Position numbers and translations under genes: made by a program. The notes below the pieces were generated by a model. That model worked only from the letters and a program-made list of their open reading frames with translations. It had not been told where the DNA came from and ran no database searches. DNA of 64,000 nt, taken from IMG/VR virus record IMGVR_UViG_3300015607_005478. One strand, 5' to 3'. This document shows positions 9,243 to 18,529 of the stretch, in pieces. How positions within the stretch are numbered: the first letter of the stretch is position 1; every line of letters begins with the position of its first letter. The stretch is from an uncultured virus (IMG/VR IMGVR_UViG_3300015607_005478) (lineage: Duplodnaviria; Heunggongvirae; Uroviricota; Caudoviricetes).

Positions 9243-9679
9243 ATCCAGTCAACAACAACGCGAATCCGAACAGCAGTACGGACAGCCGGGCGTACTTTTG
9301 CCCCGCGTGCGGGAGTGCAAACGTCAACGCCTCCTCGCTCGCCGGCGGCTCCGCCAACTGCAACATCTGCACGTGGAAGGGCACCGTTGAGGAGCTCCCC
9401 ACGTTCGTGTTCCAGCACGACCTCGGCGGCCCTGAAGAAGTCTTTCGGACCTTCTTTCTGGACATCCGCAAGCTGCTCGGCCAGCACTTCGCTACGCAGA
9501 TAGGGCATCTGCTGATCAAGTGGGGCTTCCTCGACGCTCCGACTCCAGAAAATCAGCAGCGCGTCATCAAAACCCTCAGTCGCTACGTCGCTGCTATTAC
9601 GAAGGCGGCGGTCGTCGCCATCGTCGAGGAGCGCAAAGCGATGGAGAAGGAGAAGTTCCGTGAACAATCCTCCGGCTAA
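9239..9679 (+). CDS. Zinc-ribbon protein
   Basis: CPAC...CNIC; ATGA overlap. Confidence 0.65.
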   Translation: MNPVNNNANPNSSTDSRAYFCPACGSANVNASSLAGGSANCNICTWKGTVEELPTFVFQHDLGGPEEVFRTFFLDIRKLLGQHFATQIGHLLIKWGFLDAPTPENQQRVIKTLSRYVAAITKAAVVAIVEERKAMEKEKFREQSSG

Positions 9680-9980
9680 GCCGCCGCCGCACAGCCCCTC
9701 ATTGAAGGATGCGGAGGAGGGCAGCGGCCTCTACTGCTTCCTGGACCATGCGCGTCAGTGCACCGCTGAGTGCATGGCGTTCATCTCTCCGCCCGATGGA
9801 CCGGACTACATCGACCAGCAGTGGGCTCGCTGTCTCCTGCTGGTGAACGCGCACCGTGGCGGCAAGCATCTCGTCGTGCTCGCGTCGACTTCGGCGCAGA
9901 TGCTTCAGAACGCGAAAAACGAAGCCGCGGATCGCCAGCGTAATCAGCCGGCGCCGCCCTCACCCTCGGGGCGCGGATGA
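9660..9980 (+). CDS. Hypothetical Cys-containing protein
   Basis: C-x6-C-x3-C...C pattern. Confidence 0.6.
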   Translation: MNNPPAKPPPHSPSLKDAEEGSGLYCFLDHARQCTAECMAFISPPDGPDYIDQQWARCLLLVNAHRGGKHLVVLASTSAQMLQNAKNEAADRQRNQPAPPSPSGRG

Positions 9981-10549
9981 TCGACTGCAAAATTGTGGGT
10001 GTAAATCAGGGCATGGACTTCGAGACCAACACGGCCACGATGTCTCTCGTCCTGGAACTGCCTGATGGCCGCCGCGTTCAGGTGGCGGCGGATCAGGATG
10101 TTCTTCAGCGGGTTCTCGAGCTCCAGATCGGCGCACACGGGGTGCCTGTTCCCACGCGTAAGCCGGCCCCCAAAACGGCTTCTATAGCCTCGGAGCCTTT
10201 AGTTCGGGCAAACGAACCATCTGCGCCGGAGGAAACGACGCAGGAGTTCGGCGGTAATTACACGGTAGAGGCCACGGATGATTACGCCGCAGCGCCCATG
10301 CCCGCAGCGCCCGAAACAGCCACGGCCGTCGAGGACGAAGAAGAAATCGAGGACGAGCCTCCGCCGGCGCCGCCACCCAAAACGGAAACGCCTAAACAGG
10401 CGCGGCAGCGCGTTCGACGCAACGGTAGTACGCCATCGCGTACGGTTCCCAAGAATGAACACGGCTACCCCGTTGTTCCACAAGCATCCGATCATGAACA
10501 GCTCACATCGACCTTCGGGCAGGACGAGGACGGCGTCGGATCCGTATGA
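9977..10549 (+). CDS. Hypothetical protein
   Basis: ATGA-coupled 190-aa ORF with acidic/Pro-rich C-half. Confidence 0.65.
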   Translation: MIDCKIVGVNQGMDFETNTATMSLVLELPDGRRVQVAADQDVLQRVLELQIGAHGVPVPTRKPAPKTASIASEPLVRANEPSAPEETTQEFGGNYTVEATDDYAAAPMPAAPETATAVEDEEEIEDEPPPAPPPKTETPKQARQRVRRNGSTPSRTVPKNEHGYPVVPQASDHEQLTSTFGQDEDGVGSV

Positions 10550-11043
10550 TCGTTGTAGCTTGCACCGATTGTGCGCTTGCCGTGCGCATCCTCCCTGATC
10601 GTGTTGGGGATGTTCGATCGACCGATGAGCTGCGCGTACTCGTTGGGCCGGAGAGTAGCTTCTGGCCCAACAAGTACCCGTGCCCACGTTGCGAGAAAGA
10701 GGTGACGGGGATGCTCGAGCAGCAGGCTGACCCCCGAGCTCTCGCACTCATGGCTGTTCGCAATCTCAGTCCGCAAGAAGCCTTTGCGGCCTTCAATGGG
10801 CTCGGCTTTCCGGAGGAGCGCAGCTGCACCATGGACGTGCTGCAAGCGCTCCTACGCGAGCAGCCTATCCGACGCATCATCGGCAAGAACATCAGCGGCG
10901 CGATGACAGCGCATATCGACGCCCTCGAGCTCTGGGATGGAACGAAGATCCATCTTGGCGCGGGGTCGAGTGGCGCTGTGGTCTACCGTATTGTGCGTCC
11001 CGTGCCGTATGCCGTACGCGCTTTGGCAGGAGCAACATCATGA
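10546..11043 (+). CDS. Zinc-ribbon protein
   Basis: CTDC...CPRC; ATGA overlaps. Confidence 0.65.
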   Translation: MIVVACTDCALAVRILPDRVGDVRSTDELRVLVGPESSFWPNKYPCPRCEKEVTGMLEQQADPRALALMAVRNLSPQEAFAAFNGLGFPEERSCTMDVLQALLREQPIRRIIGKNISGAMTAHIDALELWDGTKIHLGAGSSGAVVYRIVRPVPYAVRALAGATS

Positions 11044-11774
11044 TCGAAGTCACATTGGCGTACCGACGTGAGGGCACCACGATGCTCTCGACCGGCGAGG
11101 TCTCGGCAAAGCTCGGAGAGGAATCGCTGTACTGCCGTCAATTCGAGAGCCTCGAGTACAAGGCGATGCTGCGTCAGCTCACACTCGCCCTGCGCGCCTG
11201 CAAGGACGCGGAAAAGGTCATCATCCAACGCACGGATCGTCCGGGCATCAACCCGTACACGCTAGACAAGGTCACGGTGGACTTGCTGCGCAACGATCCG
11301 GTTGCTGGCATGCAAGCGCTGTCCATCGAATCGCCCAGTCCCATGCAGATTCTCGACAACATCAAGAAGGCAGCGCAGCCCCCGATTGCTCCGCCGACTC
11401 TTCGCGCGGGGTCACACACGCTCGCGGATGCTTTTGGGGAGAGCGTTGCATTCAAGGTTCGGGGTCACGAGCTCGAATGTCCGGGCTGCGGCTTTTGGGG
11501 CGTGTATACCTCGCCCGGTCTGCTCAATGATCCCGACCGCGTCGGACAGACAATGAAGACTGTCTTCGTCTGCGCCAAGCGGTGCAAGGAGCGCTTCCAC
11601 GTTCATTGTCACAAGGAGTGGGGCTTTGTTCGTGTGGAAGACCTCCTCAAGACTGCCCTCCCGACCTTCTATCTTCCGCGCACATGGAACAACCGCCGGC
11701 CCTGGATAAGCCGCGCTGACCTGCAACAGAAGTACGACGAGTACAAGAAAGAGAAGGAATCCAATGGCTACTAA
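11040..11774 (+). CDS. Hypothetical protein with zinc-ribbon
   Basis: CPGC...CAKRC. Confidence 0.65.
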   Translation: MIEVTLAYRREGTTMLSTGEVSAKLGEESLYCRQFESLEYKAMLRQLTLALRACKDAEKVIIQRTDRPGINPYTLDKVTVDLLRNDPVAGMQALSIESPSPMQILDNIKKAAQPPIAPPTLRAGSHTLADAFGESVAFKVRGHELECPGCGFWGVYTSPGLLNDPDRVGQTMKTVFVCAKRCKERFHVHCHKEWGFVRVEDLLKTALPTFYLPRTWNNRRPWISRADLQQKYDEYKKEKESNGY

Positions 11775-12099
11775 TGCAGCAGCAGCCCGCAATACGGGCG
11801 TCGTGGTCCCCCCGGGCCAGAATCGTCAGCAATCCTCCGGCGCCGCGCGCACCATCACCGGCTTTGCAGAGGCGAAGACCTACGGCATCGAGTATGTCGA
11901 TGACGAAGGCACCAAGCACGTCACCATCGCCATGTTCATCGGCGGCGCGTGGTACCTGCCGCCGAATGGCGAGAACTACGCCGCGACGCTCCGCCCGATC
12001 AAGAACGACATGTGGCTCGGCAAGGCCCTCGAGGAACGTCGCCTTAGCCAGAACACAGCGAACCTGCCCAAGCAGGACAACGTCGACGTCATTCCCTGA
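11764..12099 (+). CDS. Hypothetical protein
   Basis: AAGGA upstream; coupled to groES. Confidence 0.65.
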   Translation: MATNAAAARNTGVVVPPGQNRQQSSGAARTITGFAEAKTYGIEYVDDEGTKHVTIAMFIGGAWYLPPNGENYAATLRPIKNDMWLGKALEERRLSQNTANLPKQDNVDVIP

Positions 12100-12407
12100 T
12101 GAACGTTCGGCCGCTTCATGACTGGATCCTGGTCAAGCTCGACCCGCTGCCGGAGGAACAGAAGGTGGGTTCCATCTTCGTTCCCGACAGCGGTGCCGAG
12201 CGGGTCCGCACCGCGCTCGTGGTCGATATCGGCCCCGGACGGAAAAACGAGAACGGAGATCGCATCCCGATCTTCGTTCAGCGACAAACCAAGGTCGCCT
12301 TCTTCCGCGAGCACCTAGAGCATCAGCAGGGCAAGCAGCTGCTCCAGAGGCTCGAAGAAGGCTACGGACTCATTCGAGCCATGGACGTTCTCGGCGAGGT
12401 TATCTGA
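12099..12407 (+). CDS. groES: Co-chaperonin GroES-like protein
   Basis: MNVRPLHDWILVK...GSIFVPDS...VVDIGPG...DVLG; 102 aa. Confidence 0.85.
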   Translation: MNVRPLHDWILVKLDPLPEEQKVGSIFVPDSGAERVRTALVVDIGPGRKNENGDRIPIFVQRQTKVAFFREHLEHQQGKQLLQRLEEGYGLIRAMDVLGEVI

Positions 12408-12676
12408 TGCGATTCGTTGTTCGTACTGGACCCGGTGTCCTCGAGCTCAATTGGATGTGGTTGCCGACCTTTATCGGGTTGAACAACAGCTTCAAAAAGC
12501 GCATCGAAGACGAGCTCGCGCCGCTCCTTCAAGGCAAGGAGCTTACCGAGGATCTCCTTGACGCGGCCAGCGACCGTGTCATCGACATCCTCTGCGAAAG
12601 CCACAAGAGCCTCCCTGGGCTGCGGGATTATCTCGACGCCATCAAGTTCGTAGAAGACACTCCTCGGCCGGCATGA
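12407..12676 (+). CDS. Hypothetical protein
   Basis: 89-aa coupled ORF. Confidence 0.6.
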   Translation: MRFVVRTGPGVLELNWMWLPTFIGLNNSFKKRIEDELAPLLQGKELTEDLLDAASDRVIDILCESHKSLPGLRDYLDAIKFVEDTPRPA

Positions 12677-12852
12677 AGGACGATCGCCTGCAGCTTCGCT
12701 GCCCGAAGAAGCTGAAGAAAGAAGCGGAACGGGTGGCGAAGCGAAAGGGGACGACGCTCTCCTCCTTGGTCACGCAGTATTTGCAGAACCTGGTTGCAGC
12801 CGACAAGATCGAGAAGATGACCGGAACCGAGCACGACGCGGAGCAGATCTGA
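12673..12852 (+). CDS. Ribbon-helix-helix DNA-binding protein
   Basis: Below the ORF-track cutoff. MKDDRLQLRCPKKLKKEAERVAKRKGTTLSSLVTQYL fits the RHH pattern and fills the gap with overlaps at both ends. Confidence 0.75.
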   Translation: MKDDRLQLRCPKKLKKEAERVAKRKGTTLSSLVTQYLQNLVAADKIEKMTGTEHDAEQI

Positions 12853-13403
12853 TGGCGGAGAAGTACGAGGAGATTCGAGAGAGCCTCGAGGTGCCGAAGA
12901 ATACGGGCAGGCAAGGTTTCCTTCGCGCCATCGAGGAGATTCTTACCTTGCCCCGCATCCAGGACATCAACATCGACGCCCGCGGTAAGGTCACGTACCG
13001 CTACTCCTTGCGTGAAGGCGAGCGCCGACGGGAGGTGAAGCCAGACTTCGACTCCCTTCTTCCCTACGCCATCGTACGCAACGCCGAGGTGCGCGAGCTC
13101 GTGGAGCCGGACGCCAACGCCGCCGTTGCTGTCAGTCAGCTTTTCGACCTCGCTTCGGCTGACCACCTCTTCCCGACAGCGTTCGTCGCCGGTCCCGACA
13201 CGCTGTTCTGGAAGTGGTACACGGAGTCGACATGCATCGAACTCCTTTCGCAGGAGGAGTTCTTCGGTCTCCCGGTCTTGAGCGACCGGTATGTCGAAGA
13301 CTATGTTTTTATCCTCTGCGCGGCATACACGCGCGGCGCGCCCCTCTCTGACACGCAGCGGAGCTACAAGCTCGTCATCCCGCAGGTGAAGCATGAAACG
13401 TGA
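12852..13403 (+). CDS. Hypothetical protein
   Basis: 183-aa coupled ORF. Confidence 0.65.
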   Translation: MAEKYEEIRESLEVPKNTGRQGFLRAIEEILTLPRIQDINIDARGKVTYRYSLREGERRREVKPDFDSLLPYAIVRNAEVRELVEPDANAAVAVSQLFDLASADHLFPTAFVAGPDTLFWKWYTESTCIELLSQEEFFGLPVLSDRYVEDYVFILCAAYTRGAPLSDTQRSYKLVIPQVKHET

Positions 13404-13896
13404 AGCCGAAGAGCCAAATGTTGGTGTGATGACGAAGGCTGTATTGGCAGCCGGGCTTGTCAACCAGGCACAGCTCGAAGAGATGAAGCGCTGGAGTCCC
13501 ACGCTCGACCCCGAGGCGGAGACATCGGAGCCCAAAACACTCGAGGAGGCGGCAGCGCTCGTCTCACACGCACTTCAGAGCGAAGGCTACGTTCTCGCCC
13601 GTCAGACGGACCTCGAGGCCATGAATCAATTCATGGCAACGATGACGAAGGGCACGCTCCATCTCGAGGTCGACGATGATAGTACGGAGTTCGAGATCAC
13701 GTTTGGCAAGACCCCTCTCGGAGACTTCATCATCGCGTGGCGGACAGAGAGCATCAAGGACGCGATGGTCAACGGGCAGACCTACCTGATCGACGGCGCA
13801 ACTCGCGTGTTCTTCCAGGACGTGCGCGAGCTCTTCTTCGGGGAGCACAAGGCCTTCATGGTCTGCGTCCCGTCGCTGGTGGAACATGTCAGCTAA
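13393..13896 (+). CDS. Hypothetical protein
   Basis: 167-aa ORF in the operon. Confidence 0.65.
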   Translation: MKREAEEPNVGVMTKAVLAAGLVNQAQLEEMKRWSPTLDPEAETSEPKTLEEAAALVSHALQSEGYVLARQTDLEAMNQFMATMTKGTLHLEVDDDSTEFEITFGKTPLGDFIIAWRTESIKDAMVNGQTYLIDGATRVFFQDVRELFFGEHKAFMVCVPSLVEHVS

Positions 13897-14359
13897 ACAG
13901 ATCTTCGACGAGATGCAGAAGAAGATGGGGTTTGAGGTGGTCTCTCTCGCGGAGCCAGACCCGAATCAAATCCGCGCGCTCGGGCGTATTCACGTCGACC
14001 TAGGCGGCCTCAACATGGGGAACTGGATGATCCTCATGTATCGGCTCTACACGGCAATGGAGGGCCGTCCTTGGAAAGTCGATATTTCGAAGTCGTACTT
14101 CATCAAGGAGGAGACGAAGAAGCTCGTCTTCGCCTGGCGCGTCCTCTTCAAGGGGGAGAATCTCGCGCAGTATCATGCAGAGATCGCCGAGCTCGTGCGT
14201 ACTTCTCCCATCTCTGCTCGCTCTGAGGTGACGGAGTTTCCCCTGGCCGGCGCTGCAGAGAATCGCGGTAAGGTCACGGGTGGACGACGCGGCGCCGGCC
14301 CGTCGACTCAGGTTCTCGTAGGCCCGGCGGCCGCACAAGCGAAGCTGCTCGGAGGCTGA
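13886..14359 (+). CDS. Hypothetical protein
   Basis: 157-aa ORF in the operon. Confidence 0.65.
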   Translation: MSAKQIFDEMQKKMGFEVVSLAEPDPNQIRALGRIHVDLGGLNMGNWMILMYRLYTAMEGRPWKVDISKSYFIKEETKKLVFAWRVLFKGENLAQYHAEIAELVRTSPISARSEVTEFPLAGAAENRGKVTGGRRGAGPSTQVLVGPAAAQAKLLGG

Positions 14360-14360
14360 C

Positions 14361-15020
14361 GTGCCCGTTACCGTCAAAGAGGTGAAGTATGGCCAGGACA
14401 ATGACCTGGACGCGGCACCTGTACTCACCGATGAAGAACAGCATGCGCTGAAGAAGCGCATGGAGGCGATGGACAAGCTCCTCGCCGAAGCGAAGAAGGC
14501 GAAGTACAAAATCGAGCTCATGTTCGGACACGAGTACCGAACGAACGGTGCCTACCCCGGCGCTGTCTCTATCTGGGAGAGCGGTACGAAGCTTCACGGT
14601 GGCGGCGACACGAAGGTGTACGAGTGCCCCGCGCGCGAGCTCAAGGTCAGTGATTGCACCGGCCTCATCCCCGACTCCTCGCAGGGCTATGGCTATCTCG
14701 TTTGCCCGAGCTGCAAGAAAGTCTGGCAGGGCAACCAGGTCTTCGGAGAGCGCTTGGCGCGTCTCACCACGCACGGTTGGGCCGTTCTTCTCTATCGTTT
14801 CTACGTCCGCCTCGAACACAACGCGGACATCTACGTGAAGCGCCCGCGCCGTGACCTGCGCCAGGACGCGCAGGCCGAGCAAGAAAAACAACGTGGTGGC
14901 GAACGCTTGAGCAAGGCGCGCAAGCGTGAAGTCTTCATCTATCCGCTGAAGAACATCATCAAAGACGTGAACGCGGGCGCCGACCCCATCAAGCGCTTCA
15001 AAGCACTGCTTTCGGCGTGA
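14361..15020 (+). CDS. Hypothetical protein with zinc-ribbon
   Basis: GGAGG before GTG; C...C and CPSC. Confidence 0.65.
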   Translation: MPVTVKEVKYGQDNDLDAAPVLTDEEQHALKKRMEAMDKLLAEAKKAKYKIELMFGHEYRTNGAYPGAVSIWESGTKLHGGGDTKVYECPARELKVSDCTGLIPDSSQGYGYLVCPSCKKVWQGNQVFGERLARLTTHGWAVLLYRFYVRLEHNADIYVKRPRRDLRQDAQAEQEKQRGGERLSKARKREVFIYPLKNIIKDVNAGADPIKRFKALLSA

Positions 15021-15056
15021 CGGTGTAACTATGCTACTACTCAAGGACATACGCCG

Positions 15057-15428
15057 ATGAGCAGCCGCGACTACATCGATGCCGCCAAAGAGCGAACGGG
15101 CGTTGCGTGGCTTCAGCGCATGGTTCTCGATCGCGTCATGGTCTCAGACTCCCCTGCGAAGGAGGTCGTGTCCTGCGAAGAGGTCTTCGTTCACGACAGC
15201 GATCTCTCGCAAGTGGACTGGCAGAACATCCTCGAGAAGCTCGGGCTCTGGGAGAACGACGCGCGAACTCGGATGTCCCAATACAAGTGGATAAAGGACC
15301 AACCCGCGCTGCCCTTCCTCGAGAAGAAGGTGGCGGCTGAGGAAAAGAAGAAGGATGAAAAACCGAAAAAAGCACCGAAGCGCAGGAAGGCCGAACCGGG
15401 ACCCGAAGGCGGGGGCACCGAGGGGTAA
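15057..15428 (+). CDS. Hypothetical protein with basic tail
   Basis: AAGGA upstream. Confidence 0.6.
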   Translation: MSSRDYIDAAKERTGVAWLQRMVLDRVMVSDSPAKEVVSCEEVFVHDSDLSQVDWQNILEKLGLWENDARTRMSQYKWIKDQPALPFLEKKVAAEEKKKDEKPKKAPKRRKAEPGPEGGGTEG

Positions 15429-15441
15429 CGTCCGCGCGGAG

Positions 15442-15783
15442 ATGGCCGCACTTACGGCACGCGTCGAGCGTATCGAGAAGGCCCTCGATACGAACACCGG
15501 TGTCTTCAGCGACGGCATCAAGATGCTGGAGATCCAGCAAACCGTAGCGTTCCGTATCATGCAGGACGTCTTCAATGGCGCGGTGCGAGTCGGCAACACG
15601 GTCTCGAATGATGATGGTGTCCTTCGCGCCGAAGTGGACGTCCAGAGCTACATCCGCGAACATCTCGAAGCGCTCACTCAACTCGAAGAGGCGCCGAAGG
15701 AAGAAAAGGCGGGCCCCGGCCCTCTTCTCGCCTCCGTGGACGACGAACAACCCATCACGTTCGGAGGAGACTTCGGATCATGA
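15442..15783 (+). CDS. Hypothetical protein
   Basis: MAALTARVERIEK...; an alternative start exists at 15355. Confidence 0.55.
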   Translation: MAALTARVERIEKALDTNTGVFSDGIKMLEIQQTVAFRIMQDVFNGAVRVGNTVSNDDGVLRAEVDVQSYIREHLEALTQLEEAPKEEKAGPGPLLASVDDEQPITFGGDFGS

Positions 15784-16028
15784 AGATCATTCGCGGCACT
15801 CAAGATTCAAAAGGCGTCGTCTATCAGAAGCAACCGGAAGGCGGCACCGGACGCATGCGCTGCATGAAATGCGGACAGATCTGTTCGGCGACGCGCTTGC
15901 CCAACGGCACGCCGGTCATGCAGTGCGGCGGTTGCGGTGCAACCCACACTACGGCGGCGTTGGACAAGCCGTACGTCCCGCCGTTCGGATCAGTACCCAA
16001 GCGTCTGCCGTCGGCAGGTGGCCAGTAA
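15780..16028 (+). CDS. Zinc-ribbon protein
   Basis: CMKC...CGGC; GGAGGAG upstream. Confidence 0.6.
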   Translation: MKIIRGTQDSKGVVYQKQPEGGTGRMRCMKCGQICSATRLPNGTPVMQCGGCGATHTTAALDKPYVPPFGSVPKRLPSAGGQ

Positions 16029-16365
16029 TCTCGAAGCCGAAGCGGCGGTAAAGCTTCAACGCGTGGGCGTTGGACTTCTGAACGGTAAGGACGACATCGC
16101 GACCAAGCCCAATCGCCTTCACGAGCAGGTCTGCTCCGATCCCCTTTTTCTGTTGCTTGGGGTGCACGCCGAGACGCAGTAGATCGAGCAGGCCTCGATC
16201 GTTGCCGACGAGGGCGTAGGCATGAACGGGCTCGCCGACTACGAAAAGTAACCCGGCGCGCGCTTCGCGCTCGAGGCGCGGCAGCGTCATTGAGTTGTCG
16301 GGGAAGAGGAGCGCCTCGAGCTCGACGACAGCCTCAAGGTCCGCATTCGAGGCCAGGCGAATCAC
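15949..16365 (-). CDS. RimI-like GNAT N-acetyltransferase
   Basis: LGVHPKQQKKGIGADLL (acetyl-CoA motif A) and LTVQKSNAHALKLYRRFGF (motif B). Confidence 0.85.
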   Translation of the reverse strand: MIRLASNADLEAVVELEALLFPDNSMTLPRLEREARAGLLFVVGEPVHAYALVGNDRGLLDLLRLGVHPKQQKKGIGADLLVKAIGLGRDVVLTVQKSNAHALKLYRRFGFEITGHLPTADAWVLIRTAGRTACPTPP

Positions 16366-16368
16366 GGG

Positions 16369-16408
16369 CTAAGAAAAGCACGCGCGCCCAGCGGGCGCAC
16401 GCGCTTTG
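16369..16408 (-). terminator. Intrinsic terminator
   Basis: AAAGCGCGTGCGCCC-GCT-GGGCGCGCGTGCTTTTCTT on the minus strand. Confidence 0.7.
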
Positions 16409-16412
16409 TGGC

Positions 16413-16658
16413 TCACGCAGCGCCACCACTGACTAGGGCAACGACGGTTGTATCCAGCGTTGTATTCAGCGCGCGCTTCCACTGGTTCACTTCACGAATC
16501 AGCTGCCGCTCGCATGCCGCCATTCCTTCACGAAGAAGCGGCGGAATGTTGTTATCCTCTGCTCGCGTCTGCTGGATGATGTTCAGCTGGGCAAGACAGT
16601 GCTCTTCGTTATCGCGCAAGAAGCACTTCAAGTGGACAAGATTCAGGGATGCGTTCAT
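16413..16658 (-). CDS. Hypothetical protein (own promoter and terminator)
   Basis: GGAGG then ATG 16658 (MNASLNLV...). Confidence 0.6.
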   Translation of the reverse strand: MNASLNLVHLKCFLRDNEEHCLAQLNIIQQTRAEDNNIPPLLREGMAACERQLIREVNQWKRALNTTLDTTVVALVSGGAA

Positions 16659-16675
16659 GTTGGGTCCTCCATTCT

Positions 16676-16704
16676 TCTTGTCCCCGAATTGTGCGGAGGT
16701 TTGC
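16676..16704 (-). promoter_or_regulatory. Repeated phage promoter GCAA-N16-GGGACAAGA
   Basis: Member of the motif family described in findings. Confidence 0.7.
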
Positions 16705-16917
16705 ATGAAGGTCGTACTCGAAGACCCATCAGTGCTCGCGGATGGTAAGAAGCTCGAGGTGGTCGTTGACGCGGATGTTGCCGCATTCAACGACTGGTTT
16801 CTTCAGCAACAGCGGGACGGCGGTACGTCTTCACCGCAGGCCCTCACGCCCTCGGAGCGCGCGATACTGAAGACGTACTTGTGGTGGAAAACGAAAGGAG
16901 CCAGGGATGGCGCGTAA
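16705..16917 (+). CDS. Hypothetical protein
   Basis: GGAGG then ATG; ...LTPSERAILKTYLWW. Confidence 0.6.
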   Translation: MKVVLEDPSVLADGKKLEVVVDADVAAFNDWFLQQQRDGGTSSPQALTPSERAILKTYLWWKTKGARDGA

Positions 16918-17284
16918 AGTAGCAGTCGAGGTTTATTGCGAGCGCTGCTCGCGCAAAGAGATGCAGGAGCTCCCGGAGAACGGCGTGCAGGAGATGCCGC
17001 CCGTTTTCACGGCTAAGCTGCAGCCTCTCGGCGAGAAGGCTCTGGAGGTGAAGTTCGGGGATCTCTGCGGTCCGTGTCAGCGCGCAGTGACCGGGCTCTT
17101 CGAGCAAATTGCGAAGAAGATCGACGGCCTCTCGCCCGACCGCGGAACGAAGAAAGAGGCTGAGCCCAAAGCCGAGACGAAGCCTGCCGAGCAGAAGGCT
17201 AAAAAAGAAGAGCCGACGCCCAACGGCGCCGGCCCTCGTTCTCAGGCTGCCGCGAAGGCGCCTACCCCACCGCGATCTTCGTAA
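16907..17284 (+). CDS. Zinc-binding protein with Lys/Pro-rich tail
   Basis: CERC...DLCGPC; AGGAG upstream. Confidence 0.6.
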   Translation: MARKVAVEVYCERCSRKEMQELPENGVQEMPPVFTAKLQPLGEKALEVKFGDLCGPCQRAVTGLFEQIAKKIDGLSPDRGTKKEAEPKAETKPAEQKAKKEEPTPNGAGPRSQAAAKAPTPPRSS

Positions 17285-17928
17285 GCGGGATGCAGGGGGC
17301 GAAGAACCTCACCCGTCCACGAGACGTTGATGTACTTCTTCGCTCCCTCCAGCGCGCCCGTCCTCTCCAGACGGAAGCGGGACCCCGCGTTCATCAGAAC
17401 GAAGAGGTCGAGATGCTCAACGCCCTCGTTCACCTGCTGCAGCATCGCATCCGTGCACAGCGGCTTCACGCCCATCGAGGGGAACGGGTGGTACGTCTCC
17501 GTTACCCGTGAACCACGCATCTCCTCTTCGTGCACGCTCGACGTCAGCCGAACCTTCCCCCCAGCACCTCCGAATGTCTCCACACGAACGAGCGCTTGCT
17601 CATGCCGCCGCCCGCGCCCCGGCGTTCGCGTCGCCGGTTTGAGGATGATGGTGTTCATGCTCAATTCGACCGACACGCCAACGCGCCGATCGAGCTCCGT
17701 GAGTGGTCGACTGCGCCAAGCGCTGGACCTCCCCCCGTTATAGCCCAGGCGAAACCCGGTCATGTTCGGGAAGGTCCGTGCGGCGTGAGACAGCCGCTCG
17801 GTGAACTCCTTCCCCAGCACGATTGAGGTGTCGCATCCTTCCGGTGTGTGGATGACAGGGTCGCGCTCTTCATCCAACACTCCACGCAGGAACGGAACGG
17901 CTTGTTCCGCAAACGAGAAACATTGCAT
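17242..17928 (-). CDS. Hypothetical protein
   Basis: GGAGGT before ATG 17928; downstream of a motif promoter. Confidence 0.6.
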   Translation of the reverse strand: MQCFSFAEQAVPFLRGVLDEERDPVIHTPEGCDTSIVLGKEFTERLSHAARTFPNMTGFRLGYNGGRSSAWRSRPLTELDRRVGVSVELSMNTIILKPATRTPGRGRRHEQALVRVETFGGAGGKVRLTSSVHEEEMRGSRVTETYHPFPSMGVKPLCTDAMLQQVNEGVEHLDLFVLMNAGSRFRLERTGALEGAKKYINVSWTGEVLRPLHPAYEDRGGVGAFAAA

Positions 17929-17963
17929 CAGACCTCCAATGGTGGTTTCGCGCCCACCAAAGG

Positions 17964-17992
17964 TCTTATGCCGTCCTCGCTAGGGCTTTTGC
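17964..17992 (-). promoter_or_regulatory. Repeated phage promoter GCAA-N16-GGCATAAGA
   Basis: Motif family member. Confidence 0.7.
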
Positions 17993-17993
17993 T

Positions 17994-18299
17994 CTACGCG
18001 GCCGGAGCGATGTGGACGACGAGAACCTCGCCGCCCTCACCGTTGAGCGCGCGGGTCAGCGTGTTGATCGCGATCTGCACGTAGTTCCGTGCTGCAGCGC
18101 CTTTGACGTTCGGCAGCATGCTCCGAAGGGTGTTCCGCGCCAGGTACGCCATCATGAGGTCGGTGACCGGGCAGACGTTTTCGAGCTGCGGGATGAGGCC
18201 CGCATTTTCGCTGCGAACGAAGAAGTTCTTGCAGAAGAGGACGGCTTCATTTGCCGTCTCGAGCAACGCGTTGTCGAAGATGACCGGGTCGAGATTCAT
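17994..18299 (-). CDS. Hypothetical protein
   Basis: AAGGAGG before ATG 18299 (MNLDPVIFD...). Confidence 0.65.
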   Translation of the reverse strand: MNLDPVIFDNALLETANEAVLFCKNFFVRSENAGLIPQLENVCPVTDLMMAYLARNTLRSMLPNVKGAAARNYVQIAINTLTRALNGEGGEVLVVHIAPAA

Positions 18300-18353
18300 G
18301 TCGTCCTCCTTTCTTGAAGTAGTTGTATGCCCCGCTTGACAACCTCGCAAGGT

Positions 18354-18450
18354 AAAAACAGGCGACTGCCGCGTTCTTTCACCCTCAAGTGCGCCGCAGC
18401 TTGTAGGGGAAAGAACGCCGAACGTACTTCCGGTTGTACTCCTTCATCGA
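18354..18450 (-). ncRNA. Candidate small RNA with long hairpin
   Basis: Follows a GGGACAAGA element; long bulged stem 18371-18418; short GGC/GCC hairpin and T-run at the end. Confidence 0.4.
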
Positions 18451-18473
18451 GACATCTTGTCCCGACTGAGACT

Positions 18474-18525
18474 AAAAAACCCGCCACTCCCGACTCGGGA
18501 ATGGCGGGCGGGTGGAGGCCCTTCA
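18474..18525 (-). ncRNA. Candidate ~50-nt small RNA (short leader plus terminator hairpin)
   Basis: Promoter 18530-18558 is followed within about 20 nt by a 13-bp stem (18480-18508) and T6. Confidence 0.45.
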
Positions 18526-18529
18526 TCAT

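Noticed and set aside
18336..18365. TTGACA as a plus-strand sigma70 promoter
   Set aside because: No -10 box at 16-18 nt spacing and no plus-strand gene follows.
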